Positions 13,054 to 26,289 of a DNA stretch of 64,000 nt are shown piece after piece. The position numbers and the translations under genes were made by a program. The DNA lies in contig NC_043003.1 of the NCBI RefSeq assembly GCF_006345805.1, forward strand, positions 106,640,001-106,704,000, in the 5' to 3' direction. The number at the start of each line of letters is the position of its first letter. Within the stretch, counting starts at the first letter, position 1. The notes beneath the pieces were generated by a model that did no database searches, was not told where the DNA came from, and saw nothing but the letters and a program-made list of their open reading frames with translations. This stretch comes from Octopus sinensis. Lineage: Eukaryota.

Positions 13054-13247
13054 TCCTTAAACATTCAGATAACTTTGTCAAGTGTAATGATTATTTATCC
13101 ATATTGCTTTTCTGGGGTTTCACTGTTGTAGTTGCTTATTTTGAGAATGGTATTGTAGGATAGGTTTGAGAGGCCAGAAGTGGCCAGTTTGAACATAACA
13201 CAGGTAGAATATTTGGGTTGGATATGATTGGTTTAAATTCTAAAGAG
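13054..13247 (-). mobile_element. piggyBac-type MITE family 2, decayed
   Basis: TTAA on both sides; homologous to 33151-33371 and 47072-47336 in reverse. Confidence 0.7.
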
Positions 13248-13519
13248 TTAAACACTCAACTGCAACATCGTTATAAGAAAGTAATTACATAAGTAAAGTA
13301 GAAATATTTTAAAACTATTTTCCAGTACATTACTCTTTACTTAAAAGTTTTAAAATACATATATGGTTGCCAAAGACAATTAAAAAAAATTTTTTTTAAG
13401 ACATAATAAGAATTTAGCAGCTTCAAGAACATGAATTATCTCTTTATAAGCATATAAGGCTATAAATAATGGCATATAAATATTGGGTTAAAAACCCTTT
13501 GGATAAGCTTTCAACTTTT

Positions 13520-14139
13520 TCCATCCAAGTTGGGTCTACGGGAATGCATGCAATCGTCACAATGGAAGATGCCTTCATCCTCACGACTGAAGAAGGCATG
13601 ACAAAACCACAGCTCAATCCAGAGAATGCTCATCATCTTTTTCAACATCCACAGTATTGTGCATTGAGAATGTCCCCTCCCCGAGAGCCAGACCGTCAGT
13701 CATGTTTTGAAGCATTTGAGTGAAGATATTCGGTAAAAGTGGTTCGCTCTGTGGAGAGTGAGGGTTTGGATTCTTCATGACAACAATGCACCCGGTCACT
13801 CAGCTCTTCTCACTCGGGGGTTTCTTACCCAAAATACAGGGTATTGCTTCCGCACCCTCCCGATTTGCCAGATTTAGCACCTGCAGACTTCCATCTCTTC
13901 CCCAAGATAAAAATGCAGCTCAAAGATCACCGTTTTAACACCGATGTCGAGATCAAGAGCAAATTGCAGAAGGTCTTTGACTTGCTTACAGAAAACGACT
14001 TCCAGGCTGGATTCCAAAAGTGACAGGAATACTGGGACCAGTGTGTGGCTCCAAAAGGTGACTATTTCGAAGGCGTAAATAAGTCATTTTTTTTTTTATT
14101 AAAACATAACTAGTCTGGGAACGTTTTAATACTACCTTG
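13520..14139 (+). mobile_element. 5'-truncated mariner (irritans-like) with transposase pseudogene and right TIR
   Basis: Remnants WVYG, SSQWKMPSSSRLKKA, MLIIFFNI, ILHDNNAPGHS, DLAPADFHLFPKIK, KGDYFEG; end ctagtctgggaacgttttaatactaccttg|ta. Subfamily call is by resemblance. Confidence 0.88.
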
Positions 14140-14154
14140 TATTTCACCATTGAT

Positions 14155-14430
14155 CAGTGTTTAATCCTAAGTCAATTCTAACCAAGAAAGTCAAAAGCTT
14201 TCCAGCCATGGCCATACTATCTTAATTAGACTAAGATTACATTATTCATGTGTGTTTCCCTTAATAAGCAACAGTATAATTTGCAGGAAATCTGGCTATT
14301 ATTTCTAGCAGGTAGAGTGACTATGGAGAGGAAGTTCCTTTTACTACCGATAGTGGTTTAACCTCAAGTCAGCACTGACTGACCAGACCTATGATTAAAA
14401 AGCATTCCACCCATGGCCATCAGGTCTCTT
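14155..14430 (+). mobile_element. Decayed copies of a further SINE-like family E
   Basis: Motifs ccagccatggccat and ggctattatttctagcagg recur at about 20285-20370 (-), 33545-33640, 44190-44385 and 53845-54020. Confidence 0.55.
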
Positions 14431-15075
14431 TATTCACACAATGCTAATGAATGAGTCAGGAATTTTGATAATATTCATGCATATCATAGTCTTTTAGTAG
14501 AGTATTTACTACCTCCTATGTCACTTGGTTACTATTCAGTAGAAATCAATATCTGAAACAGCAAACCGGATGTTTCAACAAAGAAAATAAATAAATAAAT
14601 AAATAAGCAGAATGGATTTTTGATTGGTTAAAATTTTTTCAATCATCTGAATTAAAAGTCACAAAGTTTATATCTTTTGTCACCAGAAATGTGTTACTAC
14701 ATGACCAGAATACTTTTGTTTTTTCACTTGTTTTTGTTGCTTTTAATTTATTCATTCATTCATTGCTACCAGGAAACATTTCCTCTCTTTCTCTCTCTCT
14801 CTCTCTTTCTATGAGGAAGAAAGAGTTTGTGTCAAAAAGAAACGTAAAACAGACTCGTCTTCCTCCAGTTAAAATAAAGGATTCCATTATGTGAGCAATT
14901 CTATCTCTTGAAGTCCTACTTTCTGCACCGCCAGGTCAACAAATGACCTTGCATGACTTTTTTGAGAAATCCTATGTGCTAATCAAGGAATTTCTAAAGG
15001 AGATTACAAAAGTGGTTTTCTATCTCTTTCCTTTTATTATCATTATTATTATTATTATTATTATTGTTATTATTA

Positions 15076-15290
15076 AGGTGGTGAGCTAGCAGAAACATTA
15101 GCATATGAAGCAAAATGCTGCCAAGCATTTTGTCTGCCTTCACGTTCAGAGTTCAAATACTACCAAAGTCAAATTTACCTTTCATTCTTTCGGGGTCGAT
15201 ACAGTAAGAACCAGTTGAACACTGGGATTGATGTAATCAACTTACCCACTTCCTGAAATTACTAGCCTTGTGCCAAAATTTGAAATCATC
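15076..15290 (+). mobile_element. SINE family B, older variant
   Basis: Head plus ttcattctttcggggtcgat domain. Confidence 0.8.
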
Positions 15291-15424
15291 ATTATTATTA
15301 TTATTATTACTATTACAGCAGGCAGAACTCTTAGCATTCTGGGCAAAATGCCACTAAGCATTCTGTCCATCTTTACGTTGTGAGTTCAAATTTTGGAGAA
15401 CTTCTAAAGTCCATCAAGTGTATC

Positions 15425-15775
15425 TTCTATCTTTTACTTGTTTCAGTCATTAGACTGTGGCCATGCTGGGGCAGCACCTTGAAGAATTTTAGTAAAATGA
15501 ATCAAGCCCAGTACTTATTTTATTGGTCTCTTTTGCTGAACTGCTAAGTAAGGGAGACATACACACACCAACATTGGTTGTCAAGTGGTGGTAGGATCAA
15601 ACACACACACACACACGACAGGCTTCTTTCAGTTTCTGTCTGCCAAATCCACTCACAAGGCTTTATTCAGTCCAAGGCTATGGTGGAAGACACTTGTCCA
15701 AAGTGCCATGCAGTGGGACTGAACTCAGAACCACATGGTTGGGAAGCAAACTTCTAACCACACAGCTGTGCATGC
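15425..15775 (-). mobile_element. SINE family A, older copy
   Basis: Colinear with the family. Confidence 0.82.
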
Positions 15776-15847
15776 GTGTGCATGTGTCCATGCTTGCACA
15801 GGGCTAAAAACTGATGCTTACATTGCTTTCTTCCAGATCTCATAACA

Positions 15848-16256
15848 GGCGCAGGAGTGGCTGTGTTGTAAGTAGCTTGCTTACCAACCACATGGTTCTG
15901 GGTTCAGTTCCACTGCGTGGCATCTTGGGCAAGTGTCTTCTGCTATAGCCCCAGGCCGACCAATGCCTTGTGAGTAGATTTGGTAGACAGAAACTGAAAG
16001 AAGCCTGTCGTATATATGTATATATATATGTATGCGTGTGTGTGTTTGTGTGTCTGTGTTTGTCCCCCTAGCATTGCTTGACAACCGATGCTGGTGTGTT
16101 TACTTCCCTGTCACTTAGCGGTTCGGCAAAAAGAGACCGATAGAATAAGTACTGGGCTTCCACAGAATAAGTCCCGGGGTTGATTTGCTCGACTAAAGGC
16201 AGTGCTCCAGCATGGCCGCAGTCAAATGACTGAAAAGAGTAAAAGAGTAAAGAGTA
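15848..16256 (+). mobile_element. SINE family A, young subfamily, full length
   Basis: Near-identical to 12573-12984 in opposite orientation. Confidence 0.95.
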
Positions 16257-16926
16257 TAGCAGTCGAACAAACAGAACCAAAAGAGGAAGAACCAAGCTGA
16301 AATAAGTTCTGAGGTTGAAGACAAAACCCCACAACAGTCTAATAATTGGAAGCGGTAAAAATTAAATAAAAAACAAAAAAGGGAAGAAGAGGTCTTGAAT
16401 AACTGACAATGTTAATTGCTAAAGTGTGAGCTGAGTATTTCATTGACTATCTCTACGTCCATAGTTTATTCTGATGAAGCTGCTGCCTGCGGATAACCAA
16501 CAATTAAAATAACTTCTAGTCATTATTTTTAGACCAGAATGTATAGTGTGATAATTAAAGTACTCGTCAAATAATGTGGTTAATTCTTTTTCCCTCCTGC
16601 TCTCACACACTAAACCAGCAACACTGCACCAAGAGAAGAGTAATGAGGGACCACCCACAGGCTTGTACAAGAGCTGACAGCCTTCTCTTATAGGAAAAAC
16701 TGCTCAGCTACATGGAACCCTGTTGTTTGGAAGCATGTTGAAGATGTTGGAGTTGCAGTTTGTATCCTGGTGGGACACTTGATGAGCTTATTGATGATGT
16801 GCATATGTTTACTTTTATTACAATGGTGTTTTTTTTTGTTGTTTTTCTTAAGGCTTGCATTTTTAGTGTGTTATCTATGTCCTGTTAAAGCTCAAGAGTA
16901 GATCCAGTTCTTTACACCATTCTCCA

Positions 16927-17284
16927 ACAAGTTTACTGGAGGGCCACACCTTACCCTGCACCCTCACAAGTTTACTGGAGGGCCACACCTTACCCTGCAC
17001 CCTCACAAGTTTACTGGAGGGCCACACCTTACCCTGCACCCTCACAAGTTTACTGGAGGATCCACACCTTACCCTGCACCCTTACAAGTATACTGGAGGG
17101 CCACACTTCACTCTGCACCCTCACAAGTATACTGGAGGGCCACACTTCACTCTGCACCCTCACAAGTATACTGGAGGGCCACACTTCACTCTGCACCCTC
17201 ACAAGTATACTGGAGGGCCACACTTCACTCTGCACCCTCACAAGTATACTGGAGGGCCACACTTCACTCTGCACCCTCACAAGT
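16927..17284. repeat. 39-bp minisatellite, 9 units plus partial
   Basis: Unit acaagtttactggagggccacaccttaccctgcaccctc (first 4 units) and acaagtatactggagggccacacttcactctgcaccctc (last 5). Confidence 0.97.
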
Positions 17285-17562
17285 AATTTAACCCCGGGAG
17301 ACATCGTCTCCAGCTGGCTATACGACACGATCTGTGTCCTTATATTTTTGAACAAAATAATCTAGCACCCCCAATCAGCTCGAAACAATATCAGCGTATC
17401 GCGATTTCCAGATTATTTCCCTTCATCAGCTCAGAATAATTGTTCGAAAATATAAGGACGCAGATCGTGTCGTATAGCCAGCTGGAGACGATGTCTCCTG
17501 GGGCTAAATTACAGCAACATTTGTCCTAAACCAGGACTGCCATGTTATGTTGGCAAATAATC
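17283..17562 (-). mobile_element. Fold-back element with hammerhead-like motif in the loop (probably Penelope-like derived)
   Basis: 73-bp inverted arms 17283-17355 and 17440-17512 (4 mismatches); minus-strand CTGATGA...GAAA-TCGCGA-TA between them. Confidence 0.75.
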
Positions 17563-19065
17563 TTTACTCCAAAGTACTGTTGCTGAATATCTCTCGTTGT
17601 GAGATTTACAAATAGTAATTTCCATTCACCTTTATAAACACCCACACACACACACATGCAGGTGTAGCTGTGTGATTAAGAAGCTTGCTTCCCAACCACA
17701 TGGCTTCAGGCTCAGTCCCACTATGTGGCGCATTGGGTGAGTTGTATAGCCCTGGGTTGATCAAAGCCTAGAGTGGGTGTGGTAGATGGAAACTAAAAGA
17801 AGCCCATCACACATACACACACAGAATGAGTGTTTGTCTCCTTCCCTTAACATTCCACGATTGTTGTAAAGGAATATCATTCATTTCCAATATTGTGAAA
17901 ATATGTCTAAGGGAAATATTGCTCTACTTGGAAACAGGTAAGGGTTGGCAACAGGAAAGGCATCCAGCCATAGAAAATCTGCTTCAACATCTTCCATTGG
18001 ACCCATGCAAGCATAGAAAAGTAGGCATTAAACTGATGGCACCACACACACACACACACGAAGAGAATGTCGAAAGAAACTGCTGCTGTGGATATTTATG
18101 CAACCAGTATTACGAGAGAGAGAGAGAAATTCACCAATATTTAAAGCAAGGACAATTTCCAAGCTGATAATTATTTTCTATTCTTACTTAGTTCTATAAA
18201 TTTGAATGACTACAAAGAATGATTGTTGAAGCAGGTGATGTCTTACAGTTGAATTCTCTTCTTTTCTTACCACCGAGTTCTTAATTATCAGGCATCTAGG
18301 AAAACTAAAGCAAGATAATATAAAAGAAGAGGAAGAAATTCTTGAAAAAAAAAGGAGAAAAGAAAAACAAAAAACCCACAATGCTTTGCAATGAAATAAC
18401 CGAAAGCTACTGCAGGATCCAGATTAGGACAGAAGAACACACATGGAATAAATATCTCAGAACCAAAAATCAAATCAATTGGTTGCCTTTCAGCTATTTT
18501 CGCTCTGTGTGTGTGTGTGTGCCAGCATGGAAAATGAACGTTAAATGATGACAATGATACATGTATATATACACACACACACACATTCATAAAAACGTGT
18601 GCGTGTGAAGACTAATTGCTTATATACAAGAAAATTGAAGATTTGAGCTCATTCTAGGGTGAATGTAAAAGTGAAATCTCCAGGTGGCCATGGTATTTAC
18701 AAGACAGATTCCTAGATGCAAAGTTCCAATCAACTACAGGCACATTCTACATAATTCTACATTGCTCAAAATAGTTAAACCTGATCATCTCAGAATATTA
18801 CCTCCAGGAGACTACGGTATCATATTCAGAAGGATATTAAATCTGAATCACATAACACAATAAATCAGTAGCTAAAAGCCATTACATTAAAACATTAATT
18901 ACTTTATTAATGCTTTAATGAGCATTAATGAGCCCTGAATCCGAGTCTATTTGTTCTGACTCTTCAACCAAAACAGATACAAAAAGCAACAGGACAGTAA
19001 AATAAAAGAAAAGTACCCAGACTGTCACAGGGTGCACCATGATAAACTACTTTATGTGTCCTTAA

Positions 19066-19285
19066 CCCTTTCGTTAGCAACCCGGCTGAAACCGGCTCTG
19101 GCTCTGAGTACAAATGTCTTGTTTTCATAAGTTTTGAATTAAAATCTTCCACCAAACTTTAGTCACAATTTATGTTCCTAACACTAGCTGAATGATAACT
19201 AAGTTATTTTACTAAATTCTTTGTTATATTTAAAGTAATTGAAAGAAACACAGAGCATCTCAAAATAAATACAGTAACGAAAAGG
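19066..19285 (+). mobile_element. piggyBac-type MITE family 1 (~220 bp)
   Basis: TTAA|ccctttcgtta...gtaacgaaaagg|TTAA. Confidence 0.9.
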
Positions 19286-19479
19286 TTAACCAGGAAGTGG
19301 CCATGTGTCCTTAACCATGAGTTTTATGGATAGGGAGTTATTTCCCTTGCTGGACATAGTTAACAACACATTACCAGAACTGGGGGAGGATATAAACAGT
19401 GGTTTCCTGAAATGCAATGGGGTGGAGTCTCTGCCATGAGGTTCCCCAGGGTGCAGCAGAACTTGGACATTAATATGTG

Positions 19480-19588
19480 ACATTCAGCCTGGTGCAGCCA
19501 TCTGGCTTGCCAGTCCTCAGTCAAACCGTCCAACCCATGCCAGCATGGAAAGTGAACGTTAAACGATGATGATGATGATGATGATGAT
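19480..19588 (+). mobile_element. RTE-type 3' end fragment with (GAT)n tail
   Basis: gcctggtgcagccatctggc...aacgttaaacgatgatgatgat. Confidence 0.85.
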
Positions 19589-21390
19589 TGAGGTATCACT
19601 TCTAGGGATGACATTACCTGGATAACAGTCTAGCTGGTCATTACTCTTTGATATGACCCCATTCCCACCAGCTATGAAGATATTCCAAACCAGTACATCT
19701 AAAGCTCAAGGGAGCCCATTGTTGTTCAATGACTGCTTACAAGCCACAAGTTCACCTAATCAAGAACAAACCAACAAAGAAAAACTAGGCTATTATCAAG
19801 AACCTCTTTGGATGGCATTTTTATCACTCTGGTGTAAAATGGCAATGAAATACTTGAAAATGAAATGGATAACTGGCAAGTATAGCATATACACACTACT
19901 TTGTAATGGAGTCATTAAAATTTTATGGCCTGGATTGTCAATAACAGAGCATGAATTTGATATGTATATATTCTAAAAAAGCAAACGCAGCTTTAAACAT
20001 GACTCAAATATCAAAAGGTGTGAACTGGCTGTGGACGTAAATTTAATATAAAGTACTTTCTTCAAAACCAGTGAATCAAGTTTTTGAATGAACGTTCTCT
20101 TTTTATCAGGCAATAGGAACCTGACAACCTCGTCTACCTCGTCTCAACAACACTGACATTTGGTGCAGATTACATGCAAACACAATGCACCCAGTTTATT
20201 CACCAAAACAGCTAAAATCTTCATACTCTCACAATTACGAATATCGAAGAGCCTTTCGTGGTGATCACAGAATTCTGATATAGCAAAGAGAAGTCAATGA
20301 GGAGGCCTCTACATGATCATTCAATCTGCTAGAAATAGCAGCTAACTCTTTTTCAAACCACAGCCTTTGGATAATACACTACTTTTGGCAAAAAAAGATA
20401 AGATAATCATGGATTCTATACCTTTGATCATGGCTTTGACGAAGGTTGTTATTTAACCCTAGGACAGCAATAACAAAGCAAATATGCATCATAAAAGGTT
20501 TTCTTTTCAAAACTAGAAAATTGTTTAGATCTGATAATGACCTTCTACACGGTATCAGTGCACTCCACATTAGAGTAGTGCTCACATGGCAAGCAAGCCA
20601 TCACTTGCCAACAAGCTGCAATTGCTAGCCTCTGGATGCTGTACTTTATACAACTTTTCCAGTCTATATAGCTATATAACAGTGTACCATCCGAACCAGT
20701 GATTCCCAATGATATTTTACCTATGGAACCCTTTGATTCTACTCAGATGGACCCCCAACCCCACAGCCATTTGATGCATCTTTTATAGATATTTCTTTCA
20801 AAATTATTATTTTGCTTTTCACACATTCACCTGTACAGATTTTCAGAACATTCTCTGAAAGAACAAGTTTCAGTGGTTGGAAACATGTTAAACTATATAG
20901 TTAAGTTAATTTATTTGGCTCAAAAAGCAAAAAGCAAGGCCATGTAGGGGGGACATGGAGTTATGTACAGGGAGGGTGTTCATGCAAAGAGTTCAGGCCA
21001 TTTCTGGTCAAGAGAGACTTTGAACCGAGCGGTTGTCGGCATCTCATATAAAACGTTAGGGAAAGATACCTAGTTGTTTCTCGCAATAAAATACAATTGG
21101 ATCCCTAAAAATGATGTAGATCCCTGATTTACTGTTTCGTTTGTACCACCACCACCACCACCACCACCACCACAAAGAAAAAATTATATGGACTCCCTGT
21201 TTGAGAACCACTGACCTAAACCAATCTTGCTTCCTCCCACCATTCATATTGTAACCCGCAGACTTTATATGAAATTATTTCTTCCTCAGAACTAATATTT
21301 TCAGGAACTCTGGTGCCTCTTGCTAAACAATGGCTGAGATAAACCAAATTCAATGATATGTATCAATATATATATATATATATATATATA

Positions 21391-21705
21391 GCACATAAAA
21401 AGTACCACCCGAATATGGTCGATGCCAGCTCCCCCCACCCCGACTGGCTCCTGTGCCAGTAGCATGTAAAAAGCAGCATCCGAACATGGCTGATGCCAGT
21501 GCCACCTGACCGGCTCCTGTGCTGGTGGCACATAAAAAGCACCCACTACACTCTTGGAGTGGTTAGGAAGGGCATCCATCTGTAGAAACATTGCCAGATC
21601 AGATTGAAGCCTGGTGAGGCCTCCTGGCTTGCCAGTCCCCAGTCAAACCATCCAACCCATGCCAGCATGGAAAACGGATGTTAAACGATGGTGATAATGA
21701 TGAGG
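21391..21705 (+). mobile_element. RTE-type tailed element (SINE-like or LINE 3' end) with internal ~55-bp sub-repeats
   Basis: Repeated gcacataaaaagcacc blocks, aagggcatcc motif, (GAT) tail; same family as 39066, 39935 and 40612. Confidence 0.85.
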
Positions 21706-23320
21706 ATATATTTATCTATCACACACACACACACTCTCTCTCTCCTAAAGCTAGATAGGACAATAGATACTTTCAACTCTTTAAAAAAAATCAGTTCCAT
21801 TCAACCAAGGCAGCCAAATTCTGTGTCATGTCCTGGTTAATACAAATGTCCTGTCGTTAAAGGTACCTACTTACTGCCAAAGAAATGCAATGCAAGTTCA
21901 ATGTTATACACACAGCTGTTAACAGTGTGGAGTTAGATTTGATTCTATATCCAAATTCATTGAAACACATCATTGTCATTTAGCTCCCATGGGTTGGACA
22001 GTTTCACAGGATCTAGAGAGCAGCAGGACTGCAGCAAGCCCCAGTGTCAGCTTTGCCAAGATTTCTATGGCTGGACGTCCTTCCTAACCCCAGCTGGGTG
22101 CTCCACTCTTCTCACACCAATGGCACTGGTGGAGTTGCCAAGCAACTTGTAAGAAAGGTAAGAGAAAAGAAGCCTCAAAGTAGAAGAAGGTGAATGTAAG
22201 AGAGGTATGAACAGTGGATCAAGGGTAGTTTCATAAGAGTTTGAAGGGAGACCCAAGAGATGGGGGTAGAGGTGAATGTAGCAAGTGATGAACATTCTAG
22301 TTTGTAGTTCTTCCCTTCTGAGTTCAAATCCAACCAATGTCAGCCTTGCTTTTATTCTTTATTCTTTCAAACTATAGTACCAGTCTACTCCTGGGGCTCA
22401 TTTAAATTACTATAATAACCTTCCCCCAAAATATTTGAGCCATTGTTTGAAATCAATATAGAATGGAAAGGAAAAAATAATTCAATATCTTGGCTAAAAC
22501 AGTTCGAATAATAAACTGAAAATTTTCAAATTTTAAATAAATTCTTTTTTTCTTTTCCTAATTTTTACTTGTTAAGCAATTTTCATTATTTTCCTTCACT
22601 TACAAGATAATGTTTCACATAAACAAGAATTTACATCCGAATACTTAGAAAGAGAGGTGGCGGGGAACACTATTTTCTTAACACCAAACAGAAGCCATAG
22701 TTGATTCTTTTATTTTTATAACACCTTTCAAAATAAACAACTTTAAAGAGAAGGAAAAAAAAAAACCTCTTTGCCGCATCCGAAAGAAATGGTTGTTTAC
22801 AAAAATCTACCAAGTCAAGTTTAATCTGAAAATGCTAAATTCACCTTTAATTCATAAACATTTATGAAAATAATTTTCAAAGTGGTACCCAGAATAGCTA
22901 TTGAAGATCATCAACAACAACAGTTGATCAAGATAACTCCATGTTCATTGCACCAGAGTATAACAGGCTGAGTATTCCATAAATACTCCTTAATACAGTC
23001 CTCAGAGTGTGACAAAGTCAAGCCCTTCGAATTTCATGTTCTATCCATTCATTGAGCTTCCATTTAGTTTCCTGCAACTCAATTTCTTTAAGAAAAGTTT
23101 GTGTTAATCCAAGGATATGGCAGAAAGCAAATGCTAAAGGTTCCATACAAGTATATTGAAACTGGTGCCTTAAGATTGCAAAGCCATCTTTGCAACCATT
23201 TAGCCAAACTAAACCAAATCAAATCATCTGGTCACACAATCTGGAAATAGCAGCCAAAATTTCCCGCAAATTACTTTCCCACCATGTTAGGAAAAGACAA
23301 TTTTGATGATTTTGTACTGA

Positions 23321-23736
23321 GGTGCAGGAGTGGCTATGTGGTAAGTAGCTTGCTAACCAACCACATGGTTCCGGGTTCAGTCCCACTGCGTGGCATCTTG
23401 GGCAAATGTCTTCTGCTATAGACCCGGGCCGACCAATGCCTTATGAGTGGATTTGGTAGACGGAAACTGAAAGAAGCCTGTCGTATATATATATATATAT
23501 ATAATATATATATGTATGTGTGTGTTTGTGTGTGTGTCCCTAGCATTGCTTGACAACCGATGCTGGTGTGTTTACGTCCCCGTCACTTAGCGGTTCGGCA
23601 AAAGAGACCGATAGAATAAGTACTGGGCTTACAAAGAATAAGTCCCGGGATCGATTTGCTTGACTAAAGGCGGTGCTCCAGCATGGCCACAGTCAAATGA
23701 CTGAAACAAGTAAAAGAGTAAAGAGTAAAGAGAGTA
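23321..23736 (+). mobile_element. SINE family A, young subfamily, full length
   Basis: Diagnostic sequence as in 12573 copy. Confidence 0.95.
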
Positions 23737-23922
23737 TAATGAACCCGCATATGTTGTGTAGAGACAACCTGATTAAATATAGCCATCTTTTGGTATCCAT
23801 AGCAGCAGGTCAGTTGTCTCCTTCAAAAGATCCCTCAATTAATGCAGGACCGAGATGGAAGGTGTATGCGGGTTAAAAATGCCTGAGCAAGCTCAACCAG
23901 ATGATGATGATGACATTGTACC

Positions 23923-24160
23923 TAGGGTGGCGAGCTGGCAGAATAATTAGCATGCCGGGTAAAATGCTTAGTGATATTTTGTCTAGCATTACATTCTGAG
24001 TTCAAACTCCACCAAGGTCGACTTTGTCTTTCATTCTTTCGGGGTCGATTAAATAAGTACCAGTTATGCACTGGGGTTGATCTAATCGATTGAAACCCTT
24101 TGTCTGTCCTTGTTTGTCCACTCTATGTTTAGCCCCCTGTGGGCAATAAAGAAATAGATA
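23923..24160 (+). mobile_element. SINE family B copy
   Basis: Head, Nin/Deu-like domain and tail; attgtacct duplicated at the flanks. Confidence 0.88.
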
Positions 24161-25245
24161 TTGTACCTGGGATAAAAAAAAAAACAAAAAAAAAATGGCC
24201 ACAGCTGGAATGCCTTTTCTCATAGCTGTATCAATTCTTCTCTCCATCATCATCTAACAATGGAACTACACACTCAAATGCTGTAAGCCAGCTGGTCCTC
24301 GACCATTTTCTACCCTCTGGTTACTATTTTACCCTGCTGAACCCCAATAGCCATTTGATGATTTTTAAAAATCCCACTATTTTTCTAATTAAATATTATT
24401 AGGAATTGTATAAAAAAAAATTGTTAAAATATTTTGAGTATTACAGCATAACCAATTTGTTGTGCATGAATTTTAATAAAATCTTATAAGGAGCCCTAAT
24501 GGTCGTGTGGACCCTGGTTGAGAAACAGGGCCATAAATGATATCATTTAACTCCCTACACTTCCCATCATATCCTTACCACTGTCCTCCTCTCTGACCCC
24601 CTAATATTTCCTAAACTTACCCTCCCACAAGCTTATATTCACTATGTCCACCCCAATCCCCATCTCTAATCATCTATAACACTCTTTTCACACTAGTGCA
24701 CTTACCTACCCATCCACCCCTTTTTGTTCCGCTATCCCTCTTTCTCATATTCCCCTTATACCTCACAGTCTCTCCCACTCTTTGCAAAAATGACAAAATG
24801 TGAAGCCCGAAATGCCACTTGGGACAAGGATACAGATCTGTGAAAGCACGTTCTTGAAAAATATAGACCATAGCAGATTATGTGTATAGAAGCTGTGGGT
24901 GCCAACCAGGTGATTGACAAAGCTGCTTTCTTCGTTTATAAGCTCATACCAAATCCTGCAGGTAACCTCAAAAGACAATCTTGCAACTTGTACTATGAAA
25001 TACTGTCAAGGCACAAGTGAAGATACATAGCCATTAGGATGCTGGGTTCCCAAGATTATCGTTTCAGTTCCTGGATCAAACAACGAACTGTGTCATTGAG
25101 CAAGGCACTTCACTCTACATTGCCCTGCTCCACTCAGCTGAAAAGGAGTAACAGCTTAATGCAGTGCAATCCCCTTTCTCTCCAGCTACCACATTCTCAT
25201 TCTTTTTTGTTGGGCCAAAGATGGGGTGGGGAGTGTATGTATATA

Positions 25246-25282
<37 letters not shown>

Positions 25283-25286
<4 letters not shown>

Positions 25287-25532
25287 GAGTGGCTGTGTGG
25301 TAAGTCGCTTGCTTACCAACCACATGGTTCCGGGTTCAGTCCCACTGCGTGGCACCTTAGGCAAATGTCTTCTACTATAGCCTCGGACTGACCAAAGCCT
25401 TGTGAGTGGATTTGGTAGACGGAAACTGAAAGAAGCTCATCATATATATATGTGTGTGTGTGCTTGTGTGTCTGAGTTTGTCCCCCCATCATCGCTGGTG
25501 TGTTTTCAAATGACTGAAAAGAATAAAAGAGT
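25283..25532 (+). mobile_element. SINE family A with internal deletion
   Basis: Head and 5' body intact, then jumps to tail. Confidence 0.88.
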
Positions 25533-26289
25533 ATATATATATATATATACACACTTACACATATACATACACATATATCTGCTAGCATCTACACTGGCAA
25601 CTACAACAATTAGCAGAAGCATGATACATTGATTGGCAGATTCTACAAGTTTGCTAATCTCTAAAACTTTTGAACAAAATTCTATTTATTACCATAGCGA
25701 ACCTGTCTAACAGTTGATATGGTGCTATCAGTGAAGTCCCATGACACTTGTTTACAAAGCAGCGGCAACTTGTAAAATGCAGGCTTGGTATATTTTACAT
25801 GTTACCCTATTTTGACAGTGCCCAGTGTAAACAAAAATCATACAGCCATTAAGAAAATGGAGAAAATACCATAAAGTCATGATTTTAACAGAAAATTTGC
25901 TAAAAAGCAAAAAAGCAAAAGAAAAAAAAAACCATGTATTTATAATCCTGCTACTACTTATAGTCATCAAGCATAAAATATTGTATTATATTCAACGTTT
26001 TAAAACAAGTGTACTAAAAGCAAGTATGTTTACTGGCTGAGAGTAAGATATGAAAGTTATGTTGTCTGGAATTAACCATGAACACACTTTATCAATTTTG
26101 CATCAAAACATCTCTAAATATAAAAGAGATGTAACTAAATACTCCAAGACATTTTGTCTGGTGCCTTGCCTTACCAAATCTACCACTTTATCTCCATAAT
26201 TATAGTTTCGAAAAATTCGAAGAGTCAAACTAAAATATCATATGTAATTTGATTTAATGGTTGTGTTTATTTTCCTCTCGTAACCTATA

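Noticed and set aside
16694-16830. Acceptor followed by CLEAC*RCWSCSLYPGGTLDELIDD or an alternative open frame
   Set aside because: No convincing donor, no recognisable family, no SECIS evidence.
17050-17355. ORF with a 13-aa repeat
   Set aside because: The in-frame 39-bp minisatellite explains it.
18247-18295. Minus-strand micro-exon with strong acceptor and GTAAGA donors
   Set aside because: Cannot be linked to any other exon; needs RNA data. The same holds for isolated splice-like signals near 6510, 27355, 28758 and 37464.
19653-19976. 107-aa ORF
   Set aside because: No recognisable domain or supporting gene structure.
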